Source: a virus (Duplodnaviria; Caudoviricetes). From it: 64,000 nt of DNA. The position numbers were made by a program, and so were the translations under genes. Of the stretch, positions 26,255 through 36,600 are shown in pieces; within the stretch, counting starts at the first letter, position 1, and each line of letters opens with the position of its first letter. The notes beneath the pieces are model-generated. The model saw only the letters and a list, made by a program, of their open reading frames with translations, ran no database searches and was not told where the DNA came from. The stretch lies in the IMG/VR virus record IMGVR_UViG_3300021964_009400. One strand, 5' to 3'.

Positions 26255-26520
26255 TGAGTAAAGAACCTCAAATACAAGAAAACGAAGTTAAAACTAAAGT
26301 TGCAAAGAGAGTACCACCTGGAGATAGGTGGACTCCTCTTTCTAACTCAACAGTTATATTGGATTCTTTAACTGATGTTCTTGAGTTTATTTATCAAGAT
26401 ACCGGTACAACACAATTTTATATGGATGCCAGAGAAGGATTCGTTTATGTTGTTGATACCGAAGAAATAATAATAGAACCAGAACCAGAAAAAAGATGGA
26501 GTTTATACGGTGAAGAGTAA
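26254..26520 (+). CDS. Hypothetical protein
   Basis: ORF track; translationally coupled (TAATG). Confidence 0.6.
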   Translation: MSKEPQIQENEVKTKVAKRVPPGDRWTPLSNSTVILDSLTDVLEFIYQDTGTTQFYMDAREGFVYVVDTEEIIIEPEPEKRWSLYGEE

Positions 26521-26701
26521 GTTAAGAAAATTCGTTTTAAAAATAGTATTTGCATACGCAATACTATTCCCATCATCAGGTCTTATAACAGAATTAGAAG
26601 ATTATAATTCTAAAGCACCTGAAGATATGGATGAACATATGTTTATCTAAAAATATATGTATAAACTTTAATTTAAGTTTACGAAATAAAAAGAAGTTAT
26701 T

Positions 26702-27322
26702 TTGATAGAAACAAATAAATCAATTCTTATCATCGCAGTTCCAAGAAGTGGTTCTACTTCTTTATGTAATGCTTTTGGAAAAAGTTTTTTTGCAATGTTT
26801 GAACCTTTAAATATGCTATTTAGGCCTAAAATAGATACAAAAACATTCATTGAACAAATTTCTAAAAAAAATATAGTTGTAAAAACTATGCCAGACCATT
26901 TACCATATGATTGGAAAGCAGGTGATTATCTAAACTTTATAAAAACTATAATTCCTTATTTTGACCATGTTATTCTTTTGGATAGAAAAAATATAAAGGA
27001 ACAGTATGATTCATATATTAAGTTAGTTCTTTTTATTGAAAAACAAAGAAAAGGAGATTTTTTAGGAAAATCAAATTCAACTGAAAAAAGAATAACCTTA
27101 GCAGAAAAATTTTTTTGGTTACAAAAATATTTAATTAGAGAAATATCTATTAATTATAATCTTAAAATATATTTTTATGAAGATATATTTTTTGATAATT
27201 ATGAATCAATATTTAATGAATTGCGAATTGATATTGATTTAATAGATAGAAGATATTTAGACCCTAAATACAGGTATAAAGACCACCCTTTTAAAGTAGA
27301 ATTTCCAAAAAATTTAATATAG
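26702..27322 (+). CDS. Sulfotransferase-like P-loop protein
   Basis: IAVPRSGST (PAPS-binding loop), EP, ILLDRKN, YED. Confidence 0.7.
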   Translation: MIETNKSILIIAVPRSGSTSLCNAFGKSFFAMFEPLNMLFRPKIDTKTFIEQISKKNIVVKTMPDHLPYDWKAGDYLNFIKTIIPYFDHVILLDRKNIKEQYDSYIKLVLFIEKQRKGDFLGKSNSTEKRITLAEKFFWLQKYLIREISINYNLKIYFYEDIFFDNYESIFNELRIDIDLIDRRYLDPKYRYKDHPFKVEFPKNLI

Positions 27323-28227
27323 TGAAATATAAAGTAATATTTGTAAATTGGACAAAACCTTTCTTTTATAAAAATAAAGGTAAGGAATATGATGTGGTTG
27401 ATTATGAATTATTAATAAATAAAGTAGCAATAATAAGTGCAAGAAAGTTTTTAAAAGTTCCAATCAAATTATATACTGATGATGTTGGATATTCTTTTTA
27501 TGAGAAACACAACATGATTGAGTTGTTTGATGAAATAGATGTAGATACACTAAATAAACACAATGAACATACTTTAGATGCAGGTAAATGGTGGACAAGT
27601 GGTAAATCAATAGCAATAGGAAAAGAAGAATCCCCATTTTTATTTTTAGATAATGATTTCATAGTTCGAAGTGAATTACCAAAAACAATATTTGATTATG
27701 ATTTAGTTCACACTCATTGGGAATTACACAGAGGAAAATACTTTGTTACAGATGAATTAATTAAAAAATATAAAGTTCCTATAAAAAATTTCAATCAAAG
27801 AATGTTAATGCCAAATACTTCTTTTGTATTTATGAATAATAAAGAATTACAAAATAGTTACTATTGTAATCATCTTAATGTAGTTTTAACTGAATACAAA
27901 GATATACCAGAATGGTTATGGTTATTATCAGACCAATCTATTCTTGGTTATTGTGCAAGAGAATTGAATTCAAAAGTTGGGTGTATTGAGGATAAAACTT
28001 ATTTAGGATTTTCAGAAGAAGCATTATTCTCTGATGTATCTCAAAAAGATTGTGGTTATTCTCCAATGTGGGTTGATTCAAATAGTTCGAATATTATTGG
28101 CAATTTTAAGTATTGGCATATTTGGTTAGAGAAACATCACATGCATAAAAATTTAAAATATCGTAAAAATGCTATAAGTAAACTAAACAATATTCTAAAT
28201 CAAAATAAAAATAAAGTTTTATTATGA
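27322..28227 (+). CDS. DUF6734-like glycosyltransferase-fold protein
   Basis: IKLYTDDVG, WTSGKSIA, FLFLDNDF. Confidence 0.55.
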   Translation: MKYKVIFVNWTKPFFYKNKGKEYDVVDYELLINKVAIISARKFLKVPIKLYTDDVGYSFYEKHNMIELFDEIDVDTLNKHNEHTLDAGKWWTSGKSIAIGKEESPFLFLDNDFIVRSELPKTIFDYDLVHTHWELHRGKYFVTDELIKKYKVPIKNFNQRMLMPNTSFVFMNNKELQNSYYCNHLNVVLTEYKDIPEWLWLLSDQSILGYCARELNSKVGCIEDKTYLGFSEEALFSDVSQKDCGYSPMWVDSNSSNIIGNFKYWHIWLEKHHMHKNLKYRKNAISKLNNILNQNKNKVLL

Positions 28228-29036
28228 TTGAAAACTTTTATTTTTTTGGTACGTCATATTCTGCAGGTGGTGGTTTAAAAAACCATAAAACAGAAAATTT
28301 ACACTGTCAAAATTACTTAAAAAAATTAATTACGATTTCGAAATACAAAAATTTACCAAAAAATTATTCAGTATCATATGAATTTAAAAAACTTTTAGAT
28401 ACAAATCATATAAAATATAAAAATATTAAAAATTTATCAAAAGGAGGTTATGGTCTCGAAAGAATATTTAGAGAAGTTCACAAATTAATTTTTGATAGTA
28501 ATTTTAATAAAAATAAATCTATACTAATAATTGAATTATCAGATAATATATGGAGAAGGGATTTTTATTATAATCCAATAAAAGATTATGTTGTTGGTAC
28601 ACATAGAAGAGGATTAGATTCATTTTATATAATGAACAAATTTTGGGAAGATAGTAAAAGTACTATAAATTCATTTTTAAAAAATAAAGAAAAAATAATA
28701 GATTTTTTTAAATTAACTTATGATGTCAATGAAACTATAAAAAAATCTGAAATTGATACTTTAATGTTAATATCACTATTAGAAAACTTAAAAATTAATT
28801 ATGTTTTTTCATCAGGTCCTTATTATGTAAATCAAAATAAATTAAATAAAATAAATTTTAATTACGATAAAATAATATTAGATGATTTAGAAAGTTGGAT
28901 TGTTGAAAAAAAATTAGATATACATAGTGAAAGTAAAGGTAAAGTACCAGATGCACAACATCTTGGAATAGTTGGAACAAAAATACTAAGTAAACTAATT
29001 TTTAATAAAATCTTTAAAAATAAAATTTTAATGTAA
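28224..29036 (+). CDS. SGNH/GDSL-like protein
   Basis: FFGTSY near the N-terminus; DAQHLG near the C-terminus. Confidence 0.55.
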   Translation: MIENFYFFGTSYSAGGGLKNHKTENLHCQNYLKKLITISKYKNLPKNYSVSYEFKKLLDTNHIKYKNIKNLSKGGYGLERIFREVHKLIFDSNFNKNKSILIIELSDNIWRRDFYYNPIKDYVVGTHRRGLDSFYIMNKFWEDSKSTINSFLKNKEKIIDFFKLTYDVNETIKKSEIDTLMLISLLENLKINYVFSSGPYYVNQNKLNKINFNYDKIILDDLESWIVEKKLDIHSESKGKVPDAQHLGIVGTKILSKLIFNKIFKNKILM

Positions 29037-29714
29037 ATGAAACGTATTGATAATTTATTAGATAATTATAAACCTGATAATTTTTTTGTATTACAAATAG
29101 GTGCACACGATGGAATAACATTAGACCCAATTTCAAGTAAAGTAAAAGAGAATGGTTGGAGTGGATTATTTGTAGAACCTGTTGATTATTTATTTGAAAG
29201 ATTAAAATTAAATTACAAGGGTTATGATAATTTAAATTTTGAAAATTCTATTATATCCAATAAAAAAGGATATGTAGATTTTTATGAATACCCACAAGAA
29301 TCAGAAAATGATAATGAATTTCCTTATGGTTCTTGTATGGGTTCAGTTTTAAAACCATTTGATTCGATTGCACATAAAAAGTTAAAATATGATGTTATCA
29401 AAAAACAATATCAAAGTTTAACATTCAATGATTTGATTGAAAAATATAATATAAAAAATATTGATTTACTACAAATAGATGCTGAAGGTTATGATGGAGA
29501 AATAATTTGTAGTATTAATTTTAATAAAGTAAGACCAAAATTTATCAGATATGAAGATAGGCATACTGATATTGTTTATAATAAAAAATTAACAAAAGTT
29601 TCATCAAACGATGTAGTAAGTTATTTAAATGAAAATAACTATACAGTTGGTGATATAGAAAATGGTTATGATAGAGTTTGTGTATGTAATTCTATTTTCA
29701 AAAGTCTAATTTAA
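29037..29714 (+). CDS. FkbM-family methyltransferase
   Basis: QIGAHDG, FVEP, IDLLQIDAEGYD. Confidence 0.85.
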   Translation: MKRIDNLLDNYKPDNFFVLQIGAHDGITLDPISSKVKENGWSGLFVEPVDYLFERLKLNYKGYDNLNFENSIISNKKGYVDFYEYPQESENDNEFPYGSCMGSVLKPFDSIAHKKLKYDVIKKQYQSLTFNDLIEKYNIKNIDLLQIDAEGYDGEIICSINFNKVRPKFIRYEDRHTDIVYNKKLTKVSSNDVVSYLNENNYTVGDIENGYDRVCVCNSIFKSLI

Positions 29715-29715
29715 T

Positions 29716-30288
29716 ATGAAAACTGCTTGGTTCTTTGGAGATTCTTTTGTTTATGGTTGGGGTTGTAAAGATAAAACCAATGATAAGGATAAAATAATGT
29801 CTCAAATTGTATCTGAACATTTAAATTGTAAAGAAAATAATTTGGCACAATATGGATATTCAAATGAAAATATATTATTTAGTATATTGACAAACATAAA
29901 TCAAATTAAAAAAGGAGATTATGTTATTATATTTGATACACATTCACTAAGGTCACCATTCGTTAGAGAAGATTTAGATTTCTATTCTAATTGGCCAGAA
30001 CTTTCATATTTTCAGATACCAAAAAATAAGAGTGATATGTATTACTCGTTTAGACTAGAGTTAATATCAAAACTTTTACCTTATTATCAAAGTATGTTTA
30101 ATAATCTCGTAGATTTTCTTAAATCTAATGAAATAAATTCTTATTACTTTCCATCTAATGATAAATGGTGGATAGATAAAAAAATAAATCACAACTCACA
30201 AGAAGATGGAGCACATTGGAGTTTTAAGGGACACGCACAAGTTGCTAAATGGATAATAAATATTATTGAAAAAAATAATCTAATTTAA
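29716..30288 (+). CDS. SGNH/GDSL-like protein
   Basis: FFGDSF, NLAQYGYSN, DGAHWS. Confidence 0.65.
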   Translation: MKTAWFFGDSFVYGWGCKDKTNDKDKIMSQIVSEHLNCKENNLAQYGYSNENILFSILTNINQIKKGDYVIIFDTHSLRSPFVREDLDFYSNWPELSYFQIPKNKSDMYYSFRLELISKLLPYYQSMFNNLVDFLKSNEINSYYFPSNDKWWIDKKINHNSQEDGAHWSFKGHAQVAKWIINIIEKNNLI

Positions 30289-30289
30289 A

Positions 30290-31054
30290 ATGAATTTAAT
30301 TTTTAGTTTTTCAACACATATTGGAGATTATAAAGGTGGTAGGTACACTAAAGATAATAAAACAGACCATGTTTTAGAAATGTACAAAGTTGCAATGGAG
30401 AGGGCAAATGATTTTGGTCATGAAGTGAAGTTTTATGGTTGTGATTATTGTATTGATTTTCTAAAAGGTTATTATCGTGAAAGTGTAAGTGTAGAAAATA
30501 TTGACTTTGATATTACTGATGATTTAAAAATGTATATTCATAGTAAAGAAGAATCAGGTATTGTAACTATTGATGGTGATTTGATTCTTAATAAAAAGTT
30601 AAAAATAAATGAAAATGCAGATGTGGTATTTGAACAAATAGAAGAAGTACTACCAAATAAAAATCCATCGGGGTCACAAGCACCAGAGATATTTAAATCA
30701 TTGGAAAAATATGATGTTTATAATAAATTTAAACACTTTATCAAAGGTAATGATACAATGTATAATGTGGGTATATTGTATTTTAAAAATAATGAAATAA
30801 AAAAAATATTTTTAGATTCTTTTTATAATATCAAAAAATGGTATTTAACTAATGTAGAACCTAACGAAAAACTAATTCCAAAGGGAGTGATTGTTTCAGT
30901 TATTCTTTGTCAATATTATTTTAAGTGTATTTCAGATAAAAATAAACTAAATGTAGAATTTGCAGAAAATACTAATGATTACAAACATTACTATGGCCAT
31001 GCTAAATTCCATAAAAAGATTTTTCAAATTATAAAAAATAAAACAACAATTTAA
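30290..31054 (+). CDS. DUF6734-like glycosyltransferase-fold protein
   Basis: VTIDGDLIL (DxD), YNVGILYF, YKHYYG; paralog-like to 27322. Confidence 0.5.
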   Translation: MNLIFSFSTHIGDYKGGRYTKDNKTDHVLEMYKVAMERANDFGHEVKFYGCDYCIDFLKGYYRESVSVENIDFDITDDLKMYIHSKEESGIVTIDGDLILNKKLKINENADVVFEQIEEVLPNKNPSGSQAPEIFKSLEKYDVYNKFKHFIKGNDTMYNVGILYFKNNEIKKIFLDSFYNIKKWYLTNVEPNEKLIPKGVIVSVILCQYYFKCISDKNKLNVEFAENTNDYKHYYGHAKFHKKIFQIIKNKTTI

Positions 31055-31124
31055 ATAATAAAACATAAAAGAAAATAATCTAATATTTATATAAAGTAGA
31101 AATACTATAAAAAAAAGAAACACT

Positions 31125-31391
31125 ATGAATACAATTTTAATTATTTTAGCAATTCTTGCAATTGGAGCAGGAGTTTATTATTTCGGATTCTACACAAAAG
31201 GTAAAATCAACGATAGAGATGGGGATTTTATTCCTGATGAAGTTGAAGATGCAGTAGAAGATGTAAAGAAAGTTGCGAAAACTGTAAAAAGAAGAGCAAA
31301 AAGAGTAAAAGAAGAACTTGGAGATGTTGTGAAAGCAGCAAAAGGAACACCAAGAAAAGGTAGAAGAAAGTCTACTAAAAAAACTAAATAA
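31125..31391 (+). CDS. Membrane-anchored small protein
   Basis: N-terminal TM, DRDGDFIPDEVED, basic tail; TATTTATA upstream. Confidence 0.65.
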   Translation: MNTILIILAILAIGAGVYYFGFYTKGKINDRDGDFIPDEVEDAVEDVKKVAKTVKRRAKRVKEELGDVVKAAKGTPRKGRRKSTKKTK

Positions 31392-31400
31392 GGAGTACAA

Positions 31401-32222
31401 TTGAGTTTAAAATCACTAATTACTGAAACAGTAATATTAGATTCTATGTTTGATATTGAATCAGAAATGATGTCAATCAAAGAATCTATATTAGAACATT
31501 TAGTATTAGAGGGTGTTGATGACCCTGGTATACTAAAATGTGTTTTCATGGCAGGTGGACCTGGAAGTGGAAAATCTTTCACTGCCATGGAAATCTTCGG
31601 TATTGATAAGAAACTCAAATCTTCATTTGCAGCATCAGGTCTTAAATCAGTCAATTCAGATTCAGCATTTGAAGCTGGGTTAAAAAAGAATGGTATTGAC
31701 CCAAGAGATTTGGCAAGAATAGAAAAAGAAGAACCAGAACTTTGGGATAAAATAACAAAAACACCCGATGGTATCAGAAATAAAGCAAAACAACTAACTG
31801 CTAAACAAAAGAAGTTTTACGAAGCAGGAAGATTAGGAATGATTATCGATGGTACTGGTCATGTTTATTCTAAGATTGCAAAGAATAAAAAACACGCAGA
31901 AAGTTTAGGTTACGATACTTATATGGTATTTGTAAATACTTCACTCGAAGTTGCTAAAGAAAGAAACAAAAACAGAGATAGAGTTTTATCAGATGAATTA
32001 TTAGAAAAATCATGGACAGATGTTCAAAATAATTTAGGTAAATTCCAAAACTTATTTGGTGGAAACTTCAGAATAGTAGATAATACAGTTTATAGACCTA
32101 TATCGAAAGAAGTTCAAAAAGCAGTTAATTCATTTGTAAGAAAACCAGTTTATAATCAAATTGGTAAAAAATGGATTGAAACTGCAAGAGCCTTAAAGAA
32201 ATCAAAACTTATTAATAAATAA
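31401..32222 (+). CDS. Zeta-toxin-like / AAA_33 P-loop kinase
   Basis: MAGGPGSGKS, VNSD, IIDGTG, RNKNR; TTG start 5 nt after AAGGAG. Confidence 0.75.
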   Translation: MSLKSLITETVILDSMFDIESEMMSIKESILEHLVLEGVDDPGILKCVFMAGGPGSGKSFTAMEIFGIDKKLKSSFAASGLKSVNSDSAFEAGLKKNGIDPRDLARIEKEEPELWDKITKTPDGIRNKAKQLTAKQKKFYEAGRLGMIIDGTGHVYSKIAKNKKHAESLGYDTYMVFVNTSLEVAKERNKNRDRVLSDELLEKSWTDVQNNLGKFQNLFGGNFRIVDNTVYRPISKEVQKAVNSFVRKPVYNQIGKKWIETARALKKSKLINK

Positions 32223-32225
32223 TCA

Positions 32226-32366
32226 ATGGCAAAAGCATTTGGTATTGGTTCGATTTACAAATCACAAAGAAAAAAGAGACCAGGAGTTCACTCTAAAACA
32301 AAGAGTTCTAACTCAAAAGGTGCTAAAAACTATGTGAAAAAGTATCGAGGCCAAGGTAGAAATTAA
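32226..32366 (+). CDS. Small basic protein (46 aa)
   Basis: MAKAFGIGSIYKSQRKKRPGVHSKTKSSNSKGAKNYVKKYRGQGRN; the YRGQG ending is common in large phages. Confidence 0.65.
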   Translation: MAKAFGIGSIYKSQRKKRPGVHSKTKSSNSKGAKNYVKKYRGQGRN

Positions 32367-32378
32367 ATACATTTAAAT

Positions 32379-33389
32379 ATGAATCATGCAATTATTTTTG
32401 CAGGTTGTTCTTTTACTTATGGTGAAGGTCTTGAATTGTATATGGATACACCAAAGTGGATTAATCAAAGAAAATTAGTAACTCACGATGCTGAATTAAA
32501 AAAGTTAGTTGACTATGAAAGTACTAAGTTTAGATTAAATAATAATTTTCCTGGATTAGTAGGAAATTATTTTAATATTAAACCATTACAACATCATAAA
32601 AATGGTGGATGTTTTGCTTCAAGTACACGATTTATAAAAGAAGTAGAAGCGGTTATTAAAAAAAGAAAGAATTATAATCGTGGGTATGTTGATGATACTT
32701 TAGTAGAATATTTTAACACTTCTGAAAACAAAAATATAAAGTGTATAATCATACAACTAAGTTCTTTAGATAGAGAACCATTACATTTTGATTATGATTG
32801 TAAATGTGAAATGTGTGCAGGAACATTATGGGCATATTTTGGAGATTTTTATATTCATTTAAACTATCTTCACAACTTAATTACATTAAAAAAGAAAGTA
32901 AAAAAACCACAATTTATTAAAATAAAATATTTTTCATTTATAATGTCAAAAATGTATAATAATTTTAATTATAATGAGTTTATTGAAAAATCAAAGGAAG
33001 ATAAAAAGTATTTTTCAGATATAATGGAAAATATAACAAATAATATTGATTTAGTAATTAACAAACTTAAAAAAGAAAGTTTGGTTTTAAATCAAAAATT
33101 AATAGAAAAATTTGAAAAAGAAATTGCACCTGTTTATTTTATAGATTCGTGGTGTACCCAAAGTTCAAATATATTCTGTGATAGTGAATTTTATTTTAAC
33201 AAAATGATACCTTTAAAGGGTGGTGATGATAGACATTATAAAAAATGGAATAGTTGGGAAAAAACATTGACTAACCCAACAATTCAATCAGATTTTGAAG
33301 AGACCGGAAATATGCACCCAAGTAAAGATTCTCATAAACTTATTTCAGAATCAATAATAAAATTCTTAAGTAAAAAAGTGTTTTTTTAA
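32379..33389 (+). CDS. SGNH/GDSL-like protein
   Basis: FAGCSFTYGEG, IIQLS, NMHPS. Confidence 0.6.
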   Translation: MNHAIIFAGCSFTYGEGLELYMDTPKWINQRKLVTHDAELKKLVDYESTKFRLNNNFPGLVGNYFNIKPLQHHKNGGCFASSTRFIKEVEAVIKKRKNYNRGYVDDTLVEYFNTSENKNIKCIIIQLSSLDREPLHFDYDCKCEMCAGTLWAYFGDFYIHLNYLHNLITLKKKVKKPQFIKIKYFSFIMSKMYNNFNYNEFIEKSKEDKKYFSDIMENITNNIDLVINKLKKESLVLNQKLIEKFEKEIAPVYFIDSWCTQSSNIFCDSEFYFNKMIPLKGGDDRHYKKWNSWEKTLTNPTIQSDFEETGNMHPSKDSHKLISESIIKFLSKKVFF

Positions 33390-33440
33390 AAATTAGTATA
33401 TTTAATCTGGTATAATGGTTTTTATATTAGATTATAGATT

Positions 33441-33602
33441 ATGATAAACTTATCAGAACAAATAGGAAGAATTTGTAATATTTTAGAAGATGCAATTGAA
33501 GAACAAGATTGGAATCTTGTAAAAAAAATGACAGAAGAACTCGATGATATCTATGAAAAATTAGATAGACAAGAAAGTGGATTAGATTACGATTACGAAT
33601 AA
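33441..33602 (+). CDS. Small acidic hypothetical protein (53 aa)
   Basis: MINLSEQIGRICNILEDAIEEQDWNLVKKMTEELDDIYEKLDRQESGLDYDYE. Confidence 0.55.
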   Translation: MINLSEQIGRICNILEDAIEEQDWNLVKKMTEELDDIYEKLDRQESGLDYDYE

Positions 33603-33611
33603 AATAAAAAT

Positions 33612-33998
33612 ATGATTATACCAATAGATATAAAACCCCCAAAAAGAGTAGAAAAACTATGGGGTCATGAACTTTGGATACATAATGATGAGGATTATTG
33701 TGGAAAATTATTGGTGTTTCCAAAAGAAGGCTCACACTTTTCTATGCACTATCATTTAAAGAAAAAGGAAACTTGGTATGTACAATCAGGTTCATTCCAA
33801 TTTAATTGGATTGATGTAGAAGATGGACAACATGATAGTAGAATCATTAAGGTAGGAGATTCAGTATTAATTAATAGAGGATTACCTCATCAACTCATAG
33901 CATTAGAAGATAATTCAACAATATTTGAAGTATCAACTGAACATTTTGATGAAGATTCATATAGAATATACAGAAACACACCAAATGATTTATTATGA
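33612..33998 (+). CDS. Cupin (sugar isomerase-like)
   Basis: EKLWGHELWI, FSMHYHLKKKETWYV, PHQLIA. Confidence 0.8.
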   Translation: MIIPIDIKPPKRVEKLWGHELWIHNDEDYCGKLLVFPKEGSHFSMHYHLKKKETWYVQSGSFQFNWIDVEDGQHDSRIIKVGDSVLINRGLPHQLIALEDNSTIFEVSTEHFDEDSYRIYRNTPNDLL

Positions 33999-34138
33999 CA
34001 AAAGTTAAAAGAAAATTTCCAACACACTACAATAACAAGGTAATGATTCAATCAATGGAAGAGCAAGGATGGAAGCTCAAATCTGTTGAAAAAGGACAAC
34101 CTATAATGGAAATGATTATTCAAAAATAATTCAAAAAA

Positions 34139-34180
34139 GCCATTGTAGTCTCAATTTTTTTTCGTAGCTTTACTATGTAA
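34139..34180 (+). promoter_or_regulatory. Conserved phage early promoter (copy 2)
   Basis: GCCATTGTAGTCTC; 19 nt from CATTG to TAGCTTTA; ctaTGTAA. Confidence 0.8.
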
Positions 34181-34193
34181 AAGATTGATAATT

Positions 34194-34418
34194 ATGATAG
34201 TAAAAAAACCAAAAACAACCCAAATAACAATTGATTTAACAGGACCTCAAGGTAATGCATATTATCTTTTAGGTTTAGCTAGTAGATGGTCTAAAGAATT
34301 ACAATTTAGTGATTCTTATAGAGATGAAATGTTAGAAAAAATGAAAAGTTCAGATTATGAAAACCTTATTCAAATTCTTGATGATGAGTTTGGTTCAGTA
34401 GTGACTTTTTATAGATAA
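34194..34418 (+). CDS. Hypothetical protein
   Basis: TIDLTGPQGNAYYLLG; start moved to the ATG downstream of the promoter (track start 34185). Confidence 0.65.
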   Translation: MIVKKPKTTQITIDLTGPQGNAYYLLGLASRWSKELQFSDSYRDEMLEKMKSSDYENLIQILDDEFGSVVTFYR

Positions 34419-34434
34419 AAAATAATTGAAAAAA

Positions 34435-34476
34435 GCCATTGTAGTCTCGGCTTTTTTTCGTATATTGTATATGTAA
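34435..34476 (+). promoter_or_regulatory. Conserved phage early promoter (copy 3)
   Basis: GCCATTGTAGTCTC; 19 nt to TATATTGT; ataTGTAA. Confidence 0.8.
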
Positions 34477-34498
34477 AATTGATAAAACACCTTAAAAC

Positions 34499-36580
34499 AT
34501 GAGTAAATTTAATTCTTCATTTTGGTACGATGACTTCGATACAGATGATATCATTGTTGACCAACTATCCTCACAAGAAAAAAAATCTTTAGATTTATAT
34601 AAATTAGCATCATCCAAGAGAGCAATATCTAACTTTGTTAATATCGTAACTAACGAATCAATACCTGTTAGGTTCAGAGAAAGAGGAGATTCTTATACTG
34701 ATGGTAAATCAGTTGTTATTGGTAGTAAAATTACAGAACCAAAAGATTTTGATGTTGCAGTTGGTTTGGCTCTTCACGAAGGTTCACATATTAAACTTTC
34801 CGATTTTAACTTACTTCAAAATTTATACAATTTAATTCCTAATCATGTTAAAGATGGTTCTATTAAGAAAGGTATTAATCATCCTATGGATATTATTAAG
34901 AACCTTTGGAACTATGTAGAAGATAGAAGAATTGATAACTATGTATTCAAATCAGCACCTGGTTATAGAGGTTATTATAGAAAGATGTACGATAAGTACT
35001 TCAATGATAAATTGATTGATAAAGGTTTACAATCAGATGAGTTTACTTCTGAAACTGTCGAAAGTTATATGTTCAGAATTATAAATCTTCACAATAAAAA
35101 TACTAACCTTTCAGCTTTGAAAGGATTAAGAGAAATATATAAAATTATTAACTTAAGAAATATTGGAAGATTAAAGAGTTCACAAGATACATTTGATGTA
35201 GCCCTTAATATTTTTCAAGTTATCCTAAAATATCTTTCAGTATCTCAACCAGATAATGGTACAAATCCTCAACCACAAAAAGGTGGTGAAGGTCAAGGTA
35301 CAGATGGAAGTTCTGATGATTCTACAATGAGTGATGAGGAATTTGAAGAGTTTTCTAACTCAATTCTAAATGGTGATGTTCCAAGTGGTGGTTCGGATGA
35401 TACTCCAACTGGCGGTGGTGGACTTGATGTTGGTAATTTACCTGATAATATGGATGGTAAATCTTCGAGTGATAACTCACCATCAAAATCTTCAGTTCAA
35501 CTTTCAGATAGACAAAAAGATTTACTTAAAAAGAAGATTGAAAAACAAAAGAAATTCTTGGATGGTGATATCCAAAAAACTTCCATCTCTAAATCAGATT
35601 CAAAGAATCTAAACGCTATTGAAGAATCTGGTTCAGAATTAAAAGAGGTTGGTAAAGATATAAACAATTGGAGATATGGTAATGAAAGTGTTCAATGTAT
35701 CGTAGTTAAAAAACTTACAAAAAGTTTATGGGAATCACAATTATTTCCAATGACAAATAAAAATTATTGGAATACTGAAACGGAAGGGTTGGTTAAAATG
35801 TACTACCAAGAACAAGTTGATGCTGGTATTAAACTTGGTACTATGTTAGGTAAAAAACTACAAGTTAGAGGTGAGGATAGAACTACTGTTTTCAACAGAC
35901 AAAAAGTTGGTAGAATTGATAAGAGAATGATTTCATCTCTTGGATTTGGTAACGAAAATGTTTTCCAATTTACTGAAATTGATTCTTACAAAAAAGCCAA
36001 CTTACACATATCAGTAGATGCAAGTTCATCTATGGGTGGTGATAAATGGAAAAAAACAATGATTAATACAGTTGCTATTTGTAAAGCAGTTGATATGATT
36101 CCTAACTTGAATGTTCAAGTTACTTTCAGATGTACTCAAGATAACAAACCTTATATTGTAATGGCTTACGATAGTAGAGTAGATAAGTTCTCTAAAGTAA
36201 AACAAATGTTTCCTGGTCTTGGACCAAATGGTACAACTCCTGAAGGATTATGTTTTGAGGCAATCCAAAAACAATTTGTTCCAGTCAATAACGATTTGGA
36301 TTCTTATTTCCTAAATATTTCAGATGGACAACCTTACTTCCCTGGTCGTGGGTTCTACTATGGTGGTGTAAGTGCTGAAAATCATACTAATAAAATGATT
36401 AGAATGATTGAAGGTATGGGAATACAAACTCTAGCTTATTTTATTGGTGATTATGGATTTGATAATAGTTCTGATGAAAGAAGTTTCAAAAGAATGTATG
36501 GTAAAGGAGCTAAAATGATTGATGTTACAAATGTTAATCAAATTACAAAAACTATGAACCAATTATTCTTAACAAAATAA
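34499..36580 (+). CDS. vWA-domain protein with N-terminal HExxH domain (MoxR/CobT-like partner)
   Basis: LALHEGSHI...NYVEDRRID; S/D/G linker; MIDAS ISVDASSSM, GTTPEG, NISDGQP. Confidence 0.85.
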   Translation: MSKFNSSFWYDDFDTDDIIVDQLSSQEKKSLDLYKLASSKRAISNFVNIVTNESIPVRFRERGDSYTDGKSVVIGSKITEPKDFDVAVGLALHEGSHIKLSDFNLLQNLYNLIPNHVKDGSIKKGINHPMDIIKNLWNYVEDRRIDNYVFKSAPGYRGYYRKMYDKYFNDKLIDKGLQSDEFTSETVESYMFRIINLHNKNTNLSALKGLREIYKIINLRNIGRLKSSQDTFDVALNIFQVILKYLSVSQPDNGTNPQPQKGGEGQGTDGSSDDSTMSDEEFEEFSNSILNGDVPSGGSDDTPTGGGGLDVGNLPDNMDGKSSSDNSPSKSSVQLSDRQKDLLKKKIEKQKKFLDGDIQKTSISKSDSKNLNAIEESGSELKEVGKDINNWRYGNESVQCIVVKKLTKSLWESQLFPMTNKNYWNTETEGLVKMYYQEQVDAGIKLGTMLGKKLQVRGEDRTTVFNRQKVGRIDKRMISSLGFGNENVFQFTEIDSYKKANLHISVDASSSMGGDKWKKTMINTVAICKAVDMIPNLNVQVTFRCTQDNKPYIVMAYDSRVDKFSKVKQMFPGLGPNGTTPEGLCFEAIQKQFVPVNNDLDSYFLNISDGQPYFPGRGFYYGGVSAENHTNKMIRMIEGMGIQTLAYFIGDYGFDNSSDERSFKRMYGKGAKMIDVTNVNQITKTMNQLFLTK

Positions 36581-36600
36581 ATGAAAAAAATATACGAAAA

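Noticed and set aside
31146-31654. Minus-strand ORFs 31146..31400 and 31190..31654, and other minus-strand ORFs in the track such as 39689..40225 and 42125..42433
   Set aside because: They lie antisense to well-supported + strand genes, have F/S/L-rich shadow composition and no recognisable motifs.
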